Origin: a bacterium
Lineage (GTDB): Bacteria; UBA8248; JACPRG01; G963555815
Direction of reading: 5' to 3'
DNA length: 64,000 nt
Assembly (NCBI GenBank): GCA_965218795.1
Contig: OZ244653.1
Coordinates: 2,144,001 to 2,208,000 of the forward strand
The translations under genes and the position numbers were made by a program. Position 1 is the stretch's first letter; each line of letters opens with the position of its first letter. Of the stretch, positions 1 to 10,666 are shown piece by piece. Below the pieces are notes generated by a model. The model made no database searches and had not been told where the DNA came from. It saw nothing but the letters and a program-made list of their open reading frames with translations.

Positions 1-405
1 CTGCTCTTCCGTTCCCAGCACGGCGCTGAAGCCCATATCGATCATGGAATTCTGCTTGACGACATCGATCGCCCAGGGCGTGTATTCGCGGTAGGACTTG
101 GTGGCGTCCTCCCGATTCAGGAGCATCGGGACCACCGTGGTGACCCCGCCGGCGGCGAATGACCGCGACTCGGTCAGGACGTTCACTTCGAAGGGGTCCT
201 GAAAGAGCTGGAGGTGGACGTGAGGGTCGATGACCCCGGGAATGACGAAGAGCCCTTTGGCGTCGATGACCTCATCTCCGTCGGGCACGGTTCCCGGCTC
301 GCCCACGGCGATGATCTTCCCGTCCCGGATAGCGATGTCCTCCATCCTGCGGCCGTCCCTGCGCACGACCATCCCACCCCTTACAACCGTATCGGCCTTG
401 GCCAT
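1..405 (-). CDS. Cyclic amidohydrolase (dihydropyrimidinase/allantoinase/dihydroorotase family), 3' part outside window
   Basis: Manual translation from ATG at 405: MAKADTVVRGG...DIAIRDGKII...IDAKGLFVIPGVIDPHVH...AAGGVTT. HxH metal motif present; GGAGAG RBS upstream. Not in the ORF track because it runs off the edge. Confidence 0.85.
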   Translation of the reverse strand, partial: MAKADTVVRGGMVVRRDGRRMEDIAIRDGKIIAVGEPGTVPDGDEVIDAKGLFVIPGVIDPHVHLQLFQDPFEVNVLTESRSFAAGGVTTVVPMLLNREDATKSYREYTPWAIDVVKQNSMIDMGFSAVLGTEEQ

Positions 406-483
406 GATTTCTCTCCATTCAAGCATTGATCGACGGCAATCCGGACCCTGTCGGCAATCGGATGACAGCACGACGGTTCTGGG

Positions 484-1881
484 TCAACGCCCCTTCAGGT
501 CCTCGAAATAGTCTCCGAGATCCACCCGGTCCAGAACATGTGGGGGAACGTCGGCCAGATCTTCGAAGGGGGCCTCGATGGGCATGGTCGCATCGATCGC
601 CCACTTCGTGTTCATCCCGTTCCGCTCGTGGCGGCTCCAGACCGAGTAGCCCGACGGGTCGAGCCGCGAACCGACGGAATTGGGCACGAAAAACGTGTCC
701 TGATCGGGCTGGGTGCGCGTCGCCACCGCCCAATGGACCTCCTCTTCCCGGTGGATGTTGACATCTTTGTCGACCACGATCGCAAGCTTGACGAAGGCAT
801 CCGAAGCCAACGCCGCCAGCGCCGCCATCTTCGCCTCGCCGTCGAACTGCTTGTCGATCTGAACGTAGGCGGTCATTCGGCACATGCCGGAAAGCGGCAT
901 CGACACGTCCAGCACCGAGGGACAACTCGCCTGCACCTTTTTCAGCAACACGGCCTCTCGGCCCAGCCGCGTGGCCAGATGATGCTCCGGGCTGACGCTG
1001 AACAGGTCCTGATAGATTGGGTTCTCCCGGTGGGTCATGGCCGTAACCTCGAAGACGGGACTGTTGCGGGCGTAGCCGTAGTACATGGTGTACTCGCCGA
1101 ACGGCCCTTCCCATCGCCGTTCATGGGGACGGATGAACCCCTCAATGGCAATCTCCGCATGCGCTGGAACCATCAAGTCGACCGTCTCGCAAGGGACCAG
1201 CTCCAACGGTTCCTCCATCAGACCGCCCATGACCGACATCTCGTCGTGCCCGTAGGGCAGGCGGGATTGGCTGCCCAGAAGACAGGCGGGATGGTGCCCG
1301 AGATACGTTACGATGGGGGTCCCCTTCCCTTCCTGCTCCGACTTTCGGTAGGCATAGCCCAGATGGGATTGGGGCTCGAAGCTCATCCCCACAACGTTCC
1401 GCTCATGGAGCATCTGTCGGTAGATCCCCGAATTGAACGATCCGGTGTCGGGGTCGCGGACGATCGTGACGCCCGCCGTGAGAAAGGCCCCGCCATCCTT
1501 CTCGCACTGAACCGGCCAGGGCAGGATGTTCAGATCGATCTCTTCTCCGGTATAGACCTTCCCCTTGACGGGCCCGTCCTTCACATGCTTCGGAGGGATC
1601 GGATGGGCCTCGCGCTCGACGAATGACTTGAGGAGATATTCCTCCGGAACATCCAGCGTCAGCGCCAGCTTGGTATTGTCCGCAATCACGTTGGAGACGA
1701 TAGGGAAATCCGAACCCCTGACCTCTTCGAAATAGACGAGGGGATACTCGCCGCGATGCTGGAACTTTCTGAGAATCGCCGAGGACTCGTACTCGGGGTC
1801 GACTTCCCGGCTTACCCGCCGGAATCCGGACGGATCCTTTCGTTCGACCAATTCCATGAATGTTCTCAGGTCCTTCGGCAC
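484..1881 (-). CDS. UbiD-family (prFMN-dependent) decarboxylase
   Basis: KDLRTFM N-terminus, GIYRQ, EGPFGEY, VVDKDVNI, WAVATR, IDAT. Start set at GTG 1881 (AAGGAG RBS) rather than 2064. Confidence 0.92.
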   Translation of the reverse strand: MPKDLRTFMELVERKDPSGFRRVSREVDPEYESSAILRKFQHRGEYPLVYFEEVRGSDFPIVSNVIADNTKLALTLDVPEEYLLKSFVEREAHPIPPKHVKDGPVKGKVYTGEEIDLNILPWPVQCEKDGGAFLTAGVTIVRDPDTGSFNSGIYRQMLHERNVVGMSFEPQSHLGYAYRKSEQEGKGTPIVTYLGHHPACLLGSQSRLPYGHDEMSVMGGLMEEPLELVPCETVDLMVPAHAEIAIEGFIRPHERRWEGPFGEYTMYYGYARNSPVFEVTAMTHRENPIYQDLFSVSPEHHLATRLGREAVLLKKVQASCPSVLDVSMPLSGMCRMTAYVQIDKQFDGEAKMAALAALASDAFVKLAIVVDKDVNIHREEEVHWAVATRTQPDQDTFFVPNSVGSRLDPSGYSVWSRHERNGMNTKWAIDATMPIEAPFEDLADVPPHVLDRVDLGDYFEDLKGR

Positions 1882-2361
1882 GGAAAAGACTCCTTGACTC
1901 GCGAAAGTCCGCGGGTGGGTTCCATCCTCAAGATGAAAGGTCCCAGGGAACTCCAAGGGCGCGCACGGTTTTGAGAGACGAATATTCGACCGCGCGGTGC
2001 GCTTATCATACCGAAATTCATCTATGCCGGAAACTCCGTGATCGCCATTGTGCGTTGCGCGCACAGTGAGGAAAAAGAATCATCGGGTCGATATGCGGGC
2101 GCCACACAGGTCTTGCAAGCGAGGTGACCTCTCATCCGCGAAATGGCCGGCACGCAGGCATCCGAAAAAGTCCCCCGGGATTTCTGAAGAAATCCTCACC
2201 GGATAAGATTTTCATTCCGGCACAACGTCGGGTAAAATCTGCGTTGGAATTATCCGTTCAAGCACCATCAGCCGAAAAGCCCGGTTTCTGACCTTCACGA
2301 CCCATCCAGGCGGCCTTCTGCGTCCGCGGGAAATCAAATCCGGAGGCGCAGGGCGTGGACG

Positions 2362-3207
2362 ATGAAGGCATCGACGAAAAAGAAAGGACGGACTTTGAAC
2401 GCGAGCCAAGGAAGCGACGACCGAGAGTTCGAAGGCAGAGTGGCTATCATTACCGGAGGCGCCAAAGGGATGGGGGGTGAGATCTCCCTGGAGCTCGCCA
2501 GAGCGGGAGCCCGGCTCTCCCTCTGCGCCCGCGACCTGGACGCCCTGAACACCCAGGTCGATGAGATCCGGAAGGAAGTCCCCGCCCTCGAAGCGATCAC
2601 CCTGTCCCTGGATGTCCGGGATGAGGACCAGGTTCGGGGCATGGTGGAGGAAACCCTCAAGGCCTTCGGCACGATCGATATCCTGATCAATACGTCCGGT
2701 GTGATCGGGCCCGTGGAAACTCCGGTCCATGAAATCGCGGTGGAAGACTGGGATTACGTCATCGGCGTGAATCTGAAGGGAACGTTCCTCTGTTGCAAGC
2801 ACGTGATCCCCACCCTGATCGGCAAGAACTGGGGCAAGATCGTCAACATCTCCGGGACATCGGGGTTGCGGGGCTACATCAACCGGGCGTCCTACTCCTC
2901 ATCCAAGTGGGCGGTCCGCGGGTTCACCCGGACCCTGGCCCTCGAGCTGGGCCCCCACAACATCAACGTGAACTGCATTTGTCCGGGACCCGTTTACGGA
3001 GACCGGATGGAGAAGATCATCAAAGACAAGGCCAAGGTCTGGAACATGCCGGACGAGGAGGTCTACAAGAAGTACACCACCGAAATGGCACTGGGGCGTT
3101 TCCCCTACGAGAATGAGATCGCTTACGCCGTCGTCTACCTCTGTTCGGAAAAATCCCGCAACATGACCGGCCAGGCCATGGTCATCGACGCCGGATGGGA
3201 CGTTTGA
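2362..3207 (+). CDS. SDR-family oxidoreductase
   Basis: TGGAKGMG, YSSSK, INVNCICPG. Start may be TTG ~2395. Confidence 0.92.
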   Translation: MKASTKKKGRTLNASQGSDDREFEGRVAIITGGAKGMGGEISLELARAGARLSLCARDLDALNTQVDEIRKEVPALEAITLSLDVRDEDQVRGMVEETLKAFGTIDILINTSGVIGPVETPVHEIAVEDWDYVIGVNLKGTFLCCKHVIPTLIGKNWGKIVNISGTSGLRGYINRASYSSSKWAVRGFTRTLALELGPHNINVNCICPGPVYGDRMEKIIKDKAKVWNMPDEEVYKKYTTEMALGRFPYENEIAYAVVYLCSEKSRNMTGQAMVIDAGWDV

Positions 3208-3230
3208 CAGCCAACGGGAGACCTGGACGC

Positions 3231-5633
3231 ATGACGGTCAAGGATTGGATGGAGACCCAGGGAAGCCAGGGCGCGCTCGGGAGCCGGATGATCCGCCACG
3301 ACGCCGTGGACAAGGCCGGGGGCAACCTCCGCTATGCGTCGGACTATCTCCCGCGCGGCACCCTGATCGGCCGCGTCCTCCACGCCGAACACCCCTCCGC
3401 GCGGATTCGCGGAATCAACAAGGAGCCGGCCCTCCGGGTGCCGGGCGTCGTGTGCGTCCTCACCGCAGAGGACGTGCCCAAGAACGAGCTCCTCGCCGGC
3501 CTTCCGGGCCGCATGTCCGATTCCGGCGAAAAACCGCATGAGGCCTTCCATCAGATCCTCGCGGCGGACCGCGTCCGGTACCTGGGCGAGCCCGTGGCGT
3601 TGGTCGCCGCCGAGAGCCCGGCCGCGGCCGAGGAGGCGCTGGCGCGGATCGAGGTCGACTACGAGCCCCTGCCCGGCGTCTTTGACCCGCTGGAGGCTCT
3701 GAGGCCGGATGCCCCGGAGGTGCACGACGGCGGAAATCTCGTCTGCCAATGGACGATTCGAAAGGGGGACGTGAAAGCCGGATTCGGCGAAGCGGACGTG
3801 ATCGTCGAGAACGAGTTTTCGACGCAATTCATCGACCACGCCTATCTGGAGACCGAGACCGGCGTGGCCTGGGTAGACGAAAGCCGGGTCATCAACATCT
3901 TCGTCGGCACCCAGGTGCTCGAACACTACCGGGACGTGGCGCAGGCCCTCCAGGTTCCCGACAGCAGGGTCAGAATCCAGTGCAGCTATATGGGCGGAGG
4001 GTTCGGAGGCAAGGAAGACGTGACGGTCGAGGTCTTCCTGGGTCTGTTGGCGTGGAGGACGGGCCGCCCCGTTCGGGTGGAATACAAGCGGGAGGAATCC
4101 ATCCTCGCCCACGGAAAGCGGCATCCTTACGTGATGCGGTACAAGACGGGCGCTACGAAGGGTGGACGCATCACCGCTCTGGAGGCGGACTTTGTGGCCG
4201 ATGCCGGGGCCTACGCCTACCTGACCGTGTGGGTTGTCCACTACACCGCCGTCACGGCCACCGGACCCTACAGGGTCCCTCACGTCAAGGTGGACGCCCG
4301 CGGTGTCTACACCAACAATACCTTCGCGAGCGCCATGCGCTGCTTCGGCTCCCTTCAATCCAATTTCGGGTACGAGATGCAGATGGACGCCGTGGCGCGG
4401 GAGCTCGGGCTGGATCCGCAACGGTTCCGGGAAATCAACTATATCGAAAAGGGGGATACCCTCGGCACGGGAGAGGACGTCCGATCCGAAGTGGCTCTGA
4501 CCGAAGCGGTCAACAGGTGCGGGGAAGCAATTGGGGGGAACGGTTCGTTCTCCACTGGGGAACCCAAAAACAATATGGAGGGCAACCTCCTGATCGGCAG
4601 GGGCGTCGCGGCCAGCTTCACGCCCTATGGGCGGATGCATTGGACGCACGACAGCTCCCAGGCGTGGGTCGGGTTCGAGATGGACGGCAGCCTGGTCATT
4701 CGGGCGGGCACTCCGGACCATGGAGGCGGACAAGCGTCCTCCCTGGCGACGATTGCGGCCCAGACGCTGGGCGTCGATCCGGAGCGCATCACGGTCCAGC
4801 GGGCAGACAGCCAGCTTACCCCTCTTGCGGGGACGACGACCGCAACCCGCCAGTTGACGATGAGCGGCAATGCCGTTCTCAAGTCGACCCTGCTCATCCG
4901 TCAGGACCTGGTCGAAGTCGCGGGAGACCTGCTCGAGGTGTCTCAAGGGGAGCTCGATCTGGCCAACGGACGGGTCTTCGTCAAGGGCTACCCCGAGCGC
5001 GGCCTCGACACGGCCGAGGTCGTACGCAGGATGGCCTCCTTGGGCAAGCCGCTGGGTAACCTGACGAAATTCGATGCCCCGGGCGGCGACCCGATCGACT
5101 CGCTCACCGGCCAGGGCCGGGCCTTCAACGATTACACGTTCGGGGCAATCGGCGCCGAGGTGTCCGTGGATACGGAAACCGGCGAAGTCATCGTCCGCCG
5201 GCTGAGTTCCAGTTTTGACGTGGGGCGCGCGGTGAACCGGACGAGCGTGGAAGGCCAGATGGAAGGCGGGGCCTACATGGGCCTCGGCCAGGGCTTGATG
5301 GAGGAAGTGATCCTCGAAGACGGGATCACCCAATCCGACAACCTGGAGACCTACCTGCTGCCCACCGCTCTCGATACGCCGGATATCGCGACTCATATTA
5401 TCGAGTCCGGCTCGGGCGTCGGGCCCTTTGGGGCCAAAGGGATCGGCGAACCCTCTCTCACGCCCGCGGCGACAGCCGTTGCGCTTGCCGTGGCGGACGC
5501 CGTGGGCGAGCCGGTTCGCAGTCTTCCGGTCACTCCGGAACGTGTCCTGGCCGCCTTGTCTGTTCGGGCGAAGTCTCCATCAGCGATGACGAGGCCACCC
5601 TCCCCCAGCGGCTCGGGAATTCGGCTCTCATGA
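3231..5633 (+). CDS. Xanthine dehydrogenase-family molybdopterin-binding subunit
   Basis: HAYLETE, GGGFGGK, MRCFG, EGQMEGG, GAKGIGEP. ATG 3231 with GGAG RBS. Confidence 0.92.
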   Translation: MTVKDWMETQGSQGALGSRMIRHDAVDKAGGNLRYASDYLPRGTLIGRVLHAEHPSARIRGINKEPALRVPGVVCVLTAEDVPKNELLAGLPGRMSDSGEKPHEAFHQILAADRVRYLGEPVALVAAESPAAAEEALARIEVDYEPLPGVFDPLEALRPDAPEVHDGGNLVCQWTIRKGDVKAGFGEADVIVENEFSTQFIDHAYLETETGVAWVDESRVINIFVGTQVLEHYRDVAQALQVPDSRVRIQCSYMGGGFGGKEDVTVEVFLGLLAWRTGRPVRVEYKREESILAHGKRHPYVMRYKTGATKGGRITALEADFVADAGAYAYLTVWVVHYTAVTATGPYRVPHVKVDARGVYTNNTFASAMRCFGSLQSNFGYEMQMDAVARELGLDPQRFREINYIEKGDTLGTGEDVRSEVALTEAVNRCGEAIGGNGSFSTGEPKNNMEGNLLIGRGVAASFTPYGRMHWTHDSSQAWVGFEMDGSLVIRAGTPDHGGGQASSLATIAAQTLGVDPERITVQRADSQLTPLAGTTTATRQLTMSGNAVLKSTLLIRQDLVEVAGDLLEVSQGELDLANGRVFVKGYPERGLDTAEVVRRMASLGKPLGNLTKFDAPGGDPIDSLTGQGRAFNDYTFGAIGAEVSVDTETGEVIVRRLSSSFDVGRAVNRTSVEGQMEGGAYMGLGQGLMEEVILEDGITQSDNLETYLLPTALDTPDIATHIIESGSGVGPFGAKGIGEPSLTPAATAVALAVADAVGEPVRSLPVTPERVLAALSVRAKSPSAMTRPPSPSGSGIRLS

Positions 5634-7657
5634 CGCAAGCCTCCTGGAAAATCGGCGTGGACGTCGGCGGAACCTTTACCGACGTGGTCGCCCTGTCTCC
5701 GGATGGGGAGTCAACCGTTTTCAAGGTCCCCAGTGACCCCGAGCACCCCGCCGCGGCCCTCCTGCAAGTCCTGGAGAGAATCACGAACGGATCCGGCGGC
5801 AACCTTCAGGGTCTGGAGATCGTTCACGGCACAACCGTCGGGACCAACGCCCTCGAAGAACGGAAGGGGGCGCGGACGGCGCTGATCACGACCCGCGGAT
5901 TTCGAGACCTTCTCGAGATCGCCCGCCAATCGCGGGACGAGATTTACGAAGTGGACGTCCCCTCGCGACAGCCGCCCTTCGTGCCCCGTGAGCTCTGTTT
6001 TGAAGTCAGTGAGCGGCTGGATGTTTCCGGCGAGGTCATCACCCCCCTCCGGTCGGACGAGATTCCCGACCTGATCGACCGCCTGAAGGAGTCCCAGGTC
6101 CAATCCATCGCCATTTGTCTCCTCCATTCGTACGCCAACCCGGTCCATGAACGGGCCCTGGGAGAAGCTCTCCGCGCCGAGTTTCCCCACGTCAGCCTCT
6201 CGTGCGAAGTGAACGCGGAGTTTCGCGAGTACGAGCGCGCCCTGACGACCGTCTTGAACGCCTATCTGATGCCCGTGGTCGGGAGATTTCTTTCTCACCT
6301 GGATGACGACCTTCATGGACTGGATGCCCACCTGCACTTGGTGCAGTCCAACGGAGGAATGATGTCCGCCGCCGCCGTCCGTCAAAGGCCGCTGAACCTT
6401 GTCATGTCGGGGCCCGCGGCTGGAGTCTCCGCCGTCTGCTCGCTCAGTCGAAACCATGGGTTCGCCCGCGCCCTCGCTCTCGATATGGGGGGGACGACCA
6501 CGGACGTCTGTCTGATCGAGGATGGCCGGGGGGAGCTCATGGCCCAGCGGACGGTCGCGGGCCAGCCCTTCCGCCTCCGCTCCGTGGCCGTCGAAAGCAT
6601 TGGAGCCGGAGGCGGCTCGCTGGCGTGGACGGATGAGGTCGGCGCGCTGCACGTGGGCCCGCGAAGCGCCGGGGCGGACCCCGGCCCGGCCTGTTACGGA
6701 CTCGGCGGGATGGAACCGACCCTGACCGACGCCAACCTTCTGCTGGGCTATCTGAACCCGGAGGCCGTCCTGGGGGGAAGGATCCGGATCGATCGAAAAA
6801 AGGCCGAGGATGCCGTGGGCCGGCTGGGCGGGAAGGTGGGCATGACGATGGAGGAAACGGCGCGCGGCATTGCCGCCATCGCGGAGGCCAACGTTCTGGG
6901 GGCGCTGCGTCTGGTCTCCATCAAGCGTGGCCGGGACGTGCGCGCAGGTGCTCTGGTCGCTTACGGCGGCGTCGGGCCGGTTCACGCAGCCACTCTCGCC
7001 AAAGAACTCGATATGGAGTGCGTCGTCGTCCCTTCGAATTCATCGGTCTTCTCCGCGCTGGGATGCATGACCTCCGATCTTCTCTACGAAGCCGTAAGAA
7101 CGCATCACGTGATCCTGGACGACCTTTCACCCGACGATCTGAAGCCCGTCTGGAAAGACCTCTTCCAATCCACACGGGACCTGCTCATCCACGAAGGGCA
7201 CCCGAAGGAGGAAGTGCAAGTCCGGCTTTCCCTGGATCTGCGCTACAAGCGGCAGAACTACGAAATCGAAATCCCTCTCAGCGAGATGAACGGCTGGACC
7301 GTACAGGAAGTCCGCGGGGCGTTTGATCAGCGGCACCAGGCCCTCTATCACTACGTGACGGAGGAGCTCATCGAGTGCGTCAACATGCGCGTAGCGGCCG
7401 TCGTGCCGACCCGCATTCGGGCGGAAGCGGCCTCCGCTTCCACCAACGGGGCCCGGCGGGAACTCGGCCATCGCGCGGTGGAATTCGGCGGAGAGAAAGT
7501 TTCGACGCCCATCCTGAACCGGGCCGCCCTGGCGGTCGGAGAAACCATAGACGGTCCGGCGGTCGTGGAAGACGAATGGTCCGTCACGGTCCTTCCGCCC
7601 GGTCATACCCTGACGGTGCAGGATGAGGGCCATCTGATCCTGAAGGCGAAGCCGTGA
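5630..7657 (+). CDS. Hydantoinase/oxoprolinase subunit A (ATP-binding)
   Basis: GVDVGGTFTD, HGTTVGTNA, SGPAAG, DMGGTTTD, GAGGGS, PGPACYG. Confidence 0.93.
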   Translation: MTQASWKIGVDVGGTFTDVVALSPDGESTVFKVPSDPEHPAAALLQVLERITNGSGGNLQGLEIVHGTTVGTNALEERKGARTALITTRGFRDLLEIARQSRDEIYEVDVPSRQPPFVPRELCFEVSERLDVSGEVITPLRSDEIPDLIDRLKESQVQSIAICLLHSYANPVHERALGEALRAEFPHVSLSCEVNAEFREYERALTTVLNAYLMPVVGRFLSHLDDDLHGLDAHLHLVQSNGGMMSAAAVRQRPLNLVMSGPAAGVSAVCSLSRNHGFARALALDMGGTTTDVCLIEDGRGELMAQRTVAGQPFRLRSVAVESIGAGGGSLAWTDEVGALHVGPRSAGADPGPACYGLGGMEPTLTDANLLLGYLNPEAVLGGRIRIDRKKAEDAVGRLGGKVGMTMEETARGIAAIAEANVLGALRLVSIKRGRDVRAGALVAYGGVGPVHAATLAKELDMECVVVPSNSSVFSALGCMTSDLLYEAVRTHHVILDDLSPDDLKPVWKDLFQSTRDLLIHEGHPKEEVQVRLSLDLRYKRQNYEIEIPLSEMNGWTVQEVRGAFDQRHQALYHYVTEELIECVNMRVAAVVPTRIRAEAASASTNGARRELGHRAVEFGGEKVSTPILNRAALAVGETIDGPAVVEDEWSVTVLPPGHTLTVQDEGHLILKAKP

Positions 7658-9261
7658 GCACAATCGATCCGATCACGCTGGAGCTTATCCGAAACGCAGT
7701 GCTGGCGACCTCGGAGGAGATGCGATTCATCGTGATGCGGTCCGCCCGGGCGCCGTTGCTCAAGGAAGCCGGCGACCTCTCCTGCGTCCTCACCGACGCG
7801 GGGGGCCGGGTCATCGCCCAGGGGAAGGACACGCCGGTCCATCTCGGCGTCATGGCGTTCACCGTCAAGGAATTCCTCAAGCGCGTTCCCCCCGAAAGGT
7901 TTCGGCACGGAGACGTCTACCTCACCAACTTGCCCGAGATCGGCGGAAACCACCTTCCGGACGTGAAGGCCATCCGGCCCGTTTTCTTCGGAGGGGAACT
8001 CGTGGCGTTTGCGGTGAGCCTCGCCCACTGGCCCGACACCGGCGGGGCCCTCCCGGGCAGCTACGTCCCGGACGCCACCGAAATTTATCAGGAAGGTCTG
8101 CGAATCCCGCCGGTCTTGATCTTCAAGAACGACCAGCCGGTTCGCGAGACGCTGGATTTCGTGTTGGAGAACGTTCGGGGCCGGGAGGAGCGGGAAGGCG
8201 ATATCCTCGGGCAGTACGCCAGCCAGACGGTGGCGGAGTCCCGCCTGCTGGAGCTCTTCGGTCAATGGGGGCGCGATGCGGTGCTTGCCGCCTTCGCCCG
8301 GATGCAGGACGAATCGGAAATCCGTATGCGCCGGGCCATTGAAGCCATTCCGGACGGCGACTACCCTTCGGAGAATTTCCTGGACCCGGTCGAGCCCGGG
8401 GGCGAACCCCTGCCGATCCGGCTGACGGTCCGCGTCCGTGGCGATCAAGCCGAATTCGACTTTACGGGGACCGCCCCGCCCGTCCCCGTCCCCATCAACA
8501 CAACCCCCTTCATCGCCGGGGCGTCGGTCTTCTACAGCATGCGCGTGCTCGTGGGATCCGGGATTCCGATGAACGACGGCTGCTGCCGGCCGTTGATCGT
8601 CCACGCGCCCGAAAATACGATCCTGAATCCCGGCCGCGAAGCGCCCCGCGTGGGGGGCAATCATGAAACGTCCCAGGTGATCGTAGACACGGTCTTTCAG
8701 GCGCTGGCGCCCGTTCTGCCCGACCGAATCACCGCCGGCGGACCGGCGACCTCGGGGCTGACATTGTTCAGCGGAAAAAAGGAAGACGGCTCCACGTTCA
8801 TCCTCTACGAGGTCCACGGCGGAGGGGCGGGCGCGGCATCCCACCGGGACGGCAGCAACGCCACCCGGGTCCACATGAGCAACGTGATGAATACGCCCAT
8901 TGAAGTGCTGGAGGCCGAATACCCCATGCGCGTGGAGCTCTATGCCCTGCGGGACGGCAGCGGGGGCGCCGGAAGCAAAAAAGGAGGGCTCGGCATCCGC
9001 CGCAGCTACCGAATGCTGGCCGGCGAGGCCCGTGTGACCACGATGATGGAGCGCCACGAGATCCGGCCCTGGGGCGCCTTCGGCGGAGAGCCGGGGGAAA
9101 CCTTTCGCGTCATCCTGAACCCGGGAGAACCCGGCGAGCGGCCGATTCGGGGGAAGGAGAGCCTGCCCCTCACCGCCGGCGACGTTGTTCTGGTGGAAAC
9201 CTCCGGGGGAGGAGGGTACGGTCCTCCCGAAGAGGGGGACGAGACACCCCCTTCCCCCTGA
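7654..9261 (+). CDS. Hydantoinase B/oxoprolinase subunit B
   Basis: DPITLELI, PVHLG, GGNHLPD, HWPDTGG, NTPIEVLE, SGGGGYG. GTGA overlap with subunit A. Confidence 0.93.
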   Translation: MSTIDPITLELIRNAVLATSEEMRFIVMRSARAPLLKEAGDLSCVLTDAGGRVIAQGKDTPVHLGVMAFTVKEFLKRVPPERFRHGDVYLTNLPEIGGNHLPDVKAIRPVFFGGELVAFAVSLAHWPDTGGALPGSYVPDATEIYQEGLRIPPVLIFKNDQPVRETLDFVLENVRGREEREGDILGQYASQTVAESRLLELFGQWGRDAVLAAFARMQDESEIRMRRAIEAIPDGDYPSENFLDPVEPGGEPLPIRLTVRVRGDQAEFDFTGTAPPVPVPINTTPFIAGASVFYSMRVLVGSGIPMNDGCCRPLIVHAPENTILNPGREAPRVGGNHETSQVIVDTVFQALAPVLPDRITAGGPATSGLTLFSGKKEDGSTFILYEVHGGGAGAASHRDGSNATRVHMSNVMNTPIEVLEAEYPMRVELYALRDGSGGAGSKKGGLGIRRSYRMLAGEARVTTMMERHEIRPWGAFGGEPGETFRVILNPGEPGERPIRGKESLPLTAGDVVLVETSGGGGYGPPEEGDETPPSP

Positions 9262-9303
9262 CCGCTTCGAATGAAGACGGTCATTGTTCAGGAATGAGAA
9301 ACC

Positions 9304-10470
9304 ATGGAGAATTCATTTCAGTTTCGACTTCCCGACCTGCTCCTCTCGGGCCCCGGATCTTCACGGCGTTTCGGCCCGGAGCTCGTAAAGTCGGGTATCC
9401 GGAAGCCGTTGATTGTGACCGATCCGGGAATCGCTCAGAGCGGAATCCTGGAACGGGTGGTCGCCGGTCTCGTGGAAGCCGGTCTGACCGTGAGCGTCTT
9501 CGATGAGGTCACGGCCGATCCTCCCGTTCACGTGGTCATTGCCGCCGCCGAGGTCTTCCAACGCACGGGATCGGACGCGCTGATCGGCCTGGGGGGGGGG
9601 AGCTCCATCGATGCGGCCAAGGCGACCGCTGTGGTCGCCGCGAACGGGGGCGACCCCGTCGATTACAAGGCGCCCTTTGAAGATTTCCCCTCGCCTCCCC
9701 CCCCGCTGATTGCAGTACCCACCACCGCGGGCACGGGAAGCGAGGTGGGGTCGGCCGCGGTGATCACCGACCTGGAGAGGAAAGAAAAGTTCGTCATCAA
9801 GAGCTTGGCCCTGACGGCCCGTCTGGCTGTGCTGGATCCGGAGCTTCTGGCCGGCCTGCCGGTTCAGGTCGCCGCGCAGACATCTCTCGACGCCCTCAGT
9901 CATATCGTCGAATCGTTTGTCTCGCGCCGGAGGACGCCGCTCACCGAGTCGATTGCGCTGGAGGCGGCACGGCGCTGGGGAGCGAACCTCCGCGCTTACC
10001 TGGACGACCGGTCAGACTCCGAGGCGGCTAACCACATGATTCACGCGAGCTGCATGGCCGGCATGGCCATGTCGAACGCCGGCCTGGGTCTGGTTCACGC
10101 CCTGGCCCACCCGTTCGGCGCGATGACCCACATCCCGCACGGCGCCGTGTGCGCCATGTTCATGCCGCCCGTGATTCGGTACAACGAAACCGAGGTCGCG
10201 GACCGATATGTCCGGCTGGCGGAGATCCTTGCGCCCGCCCTCTGGCCGGATGGAGACGCGCCGGAGCCTCTCACCCCGGCGGACCTGGCCGAGGGGATCG
10301 CGACCCTGGCGGACCGGGTGGGAATTCCGCGGAGGCTTTCGGAGATCGAGCGCTCGGCCGTTTTGCCCGAGAGGACGCTCGAATCCATCCTGCGCGCCAT
10401 CCAATGTCAGACCAACCCCCGGCCGGTGGACCGGGAAATCGTCCGACAAATCTGGCAGGGGATGCAGTAA
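9304..10470 (+). CDS. Iron-containing alcohol dehydrogenase
   Basis: GGGSSIDAAK, PTTAGTGSE, DALSH, GLVHALAH, PHG. Confidence 0.92.
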   Translation: MENSFQFRLPDLLLSGPGSSRRFGPELVKSGIRKPLIVTDPGIAQSGILERVVAGLVEAGLTVSVFDEVTADPPVHVVIAAAEVFQRTGSDALIGLGGGSSIDAAKATAVVAANGGDPVDYKAPFEDFPSPPPPLIAVPTTAGTGSEVGSAAVITDLERKEKFVIKSLALTARLAVLDPELLAGLPVQVAAQTSLDALSHIVESFVSRRRTPLTESIALEAARRWGANLRAYLDDRSDSEAANHMIHASCMAGMAMSNAGLGLVHALAHPFGAMTHIPHGAVCAMFMPPVIRYNETEVADRYVRLAEILAPALWPDGDAPEPLTPADLAEGIATLADRVGIPRRLSEIERSAVLPERTLESILRAIQCQTNPRPVDREIVRQIWQGMQ

Positions 10471-10625
10471 CATCCCGCTGCGCCCCCTCAAGCCACGGAA
10501 GGGACGCAGGATGTTCCGCCCTTCCCCGCCATGGATGTCGGCGGGCAAGAAAATCCCCGGTTGGCGAGAGAGGCAGACTCGAGGATTTCGAGATGGGACG
10601 CGTCCCCGTTCTCGAACCCAAGACG
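10470..10625. repeat. Palindromic intergenic element (REP/MITE-like)
   Basis: Several GC-rich inverted repeats, including cccgcc-atggatgtc-ggcggg. Only one copy seen in the window. Confidence 0.3.
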
Positions 10626-10666
10626 TTCTTCTCCTGTCAACCATTCATCGAAATGAGGATTCCACG

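Noticed and set aside
10208-10666. N-terminal extensions in the ORF track (also 11445, 43260, 57573, 59953, 35041, 2064)
   Set aside because: They overlap neighbours or lack homology-like character; RBS-supported downstream starts fit better.
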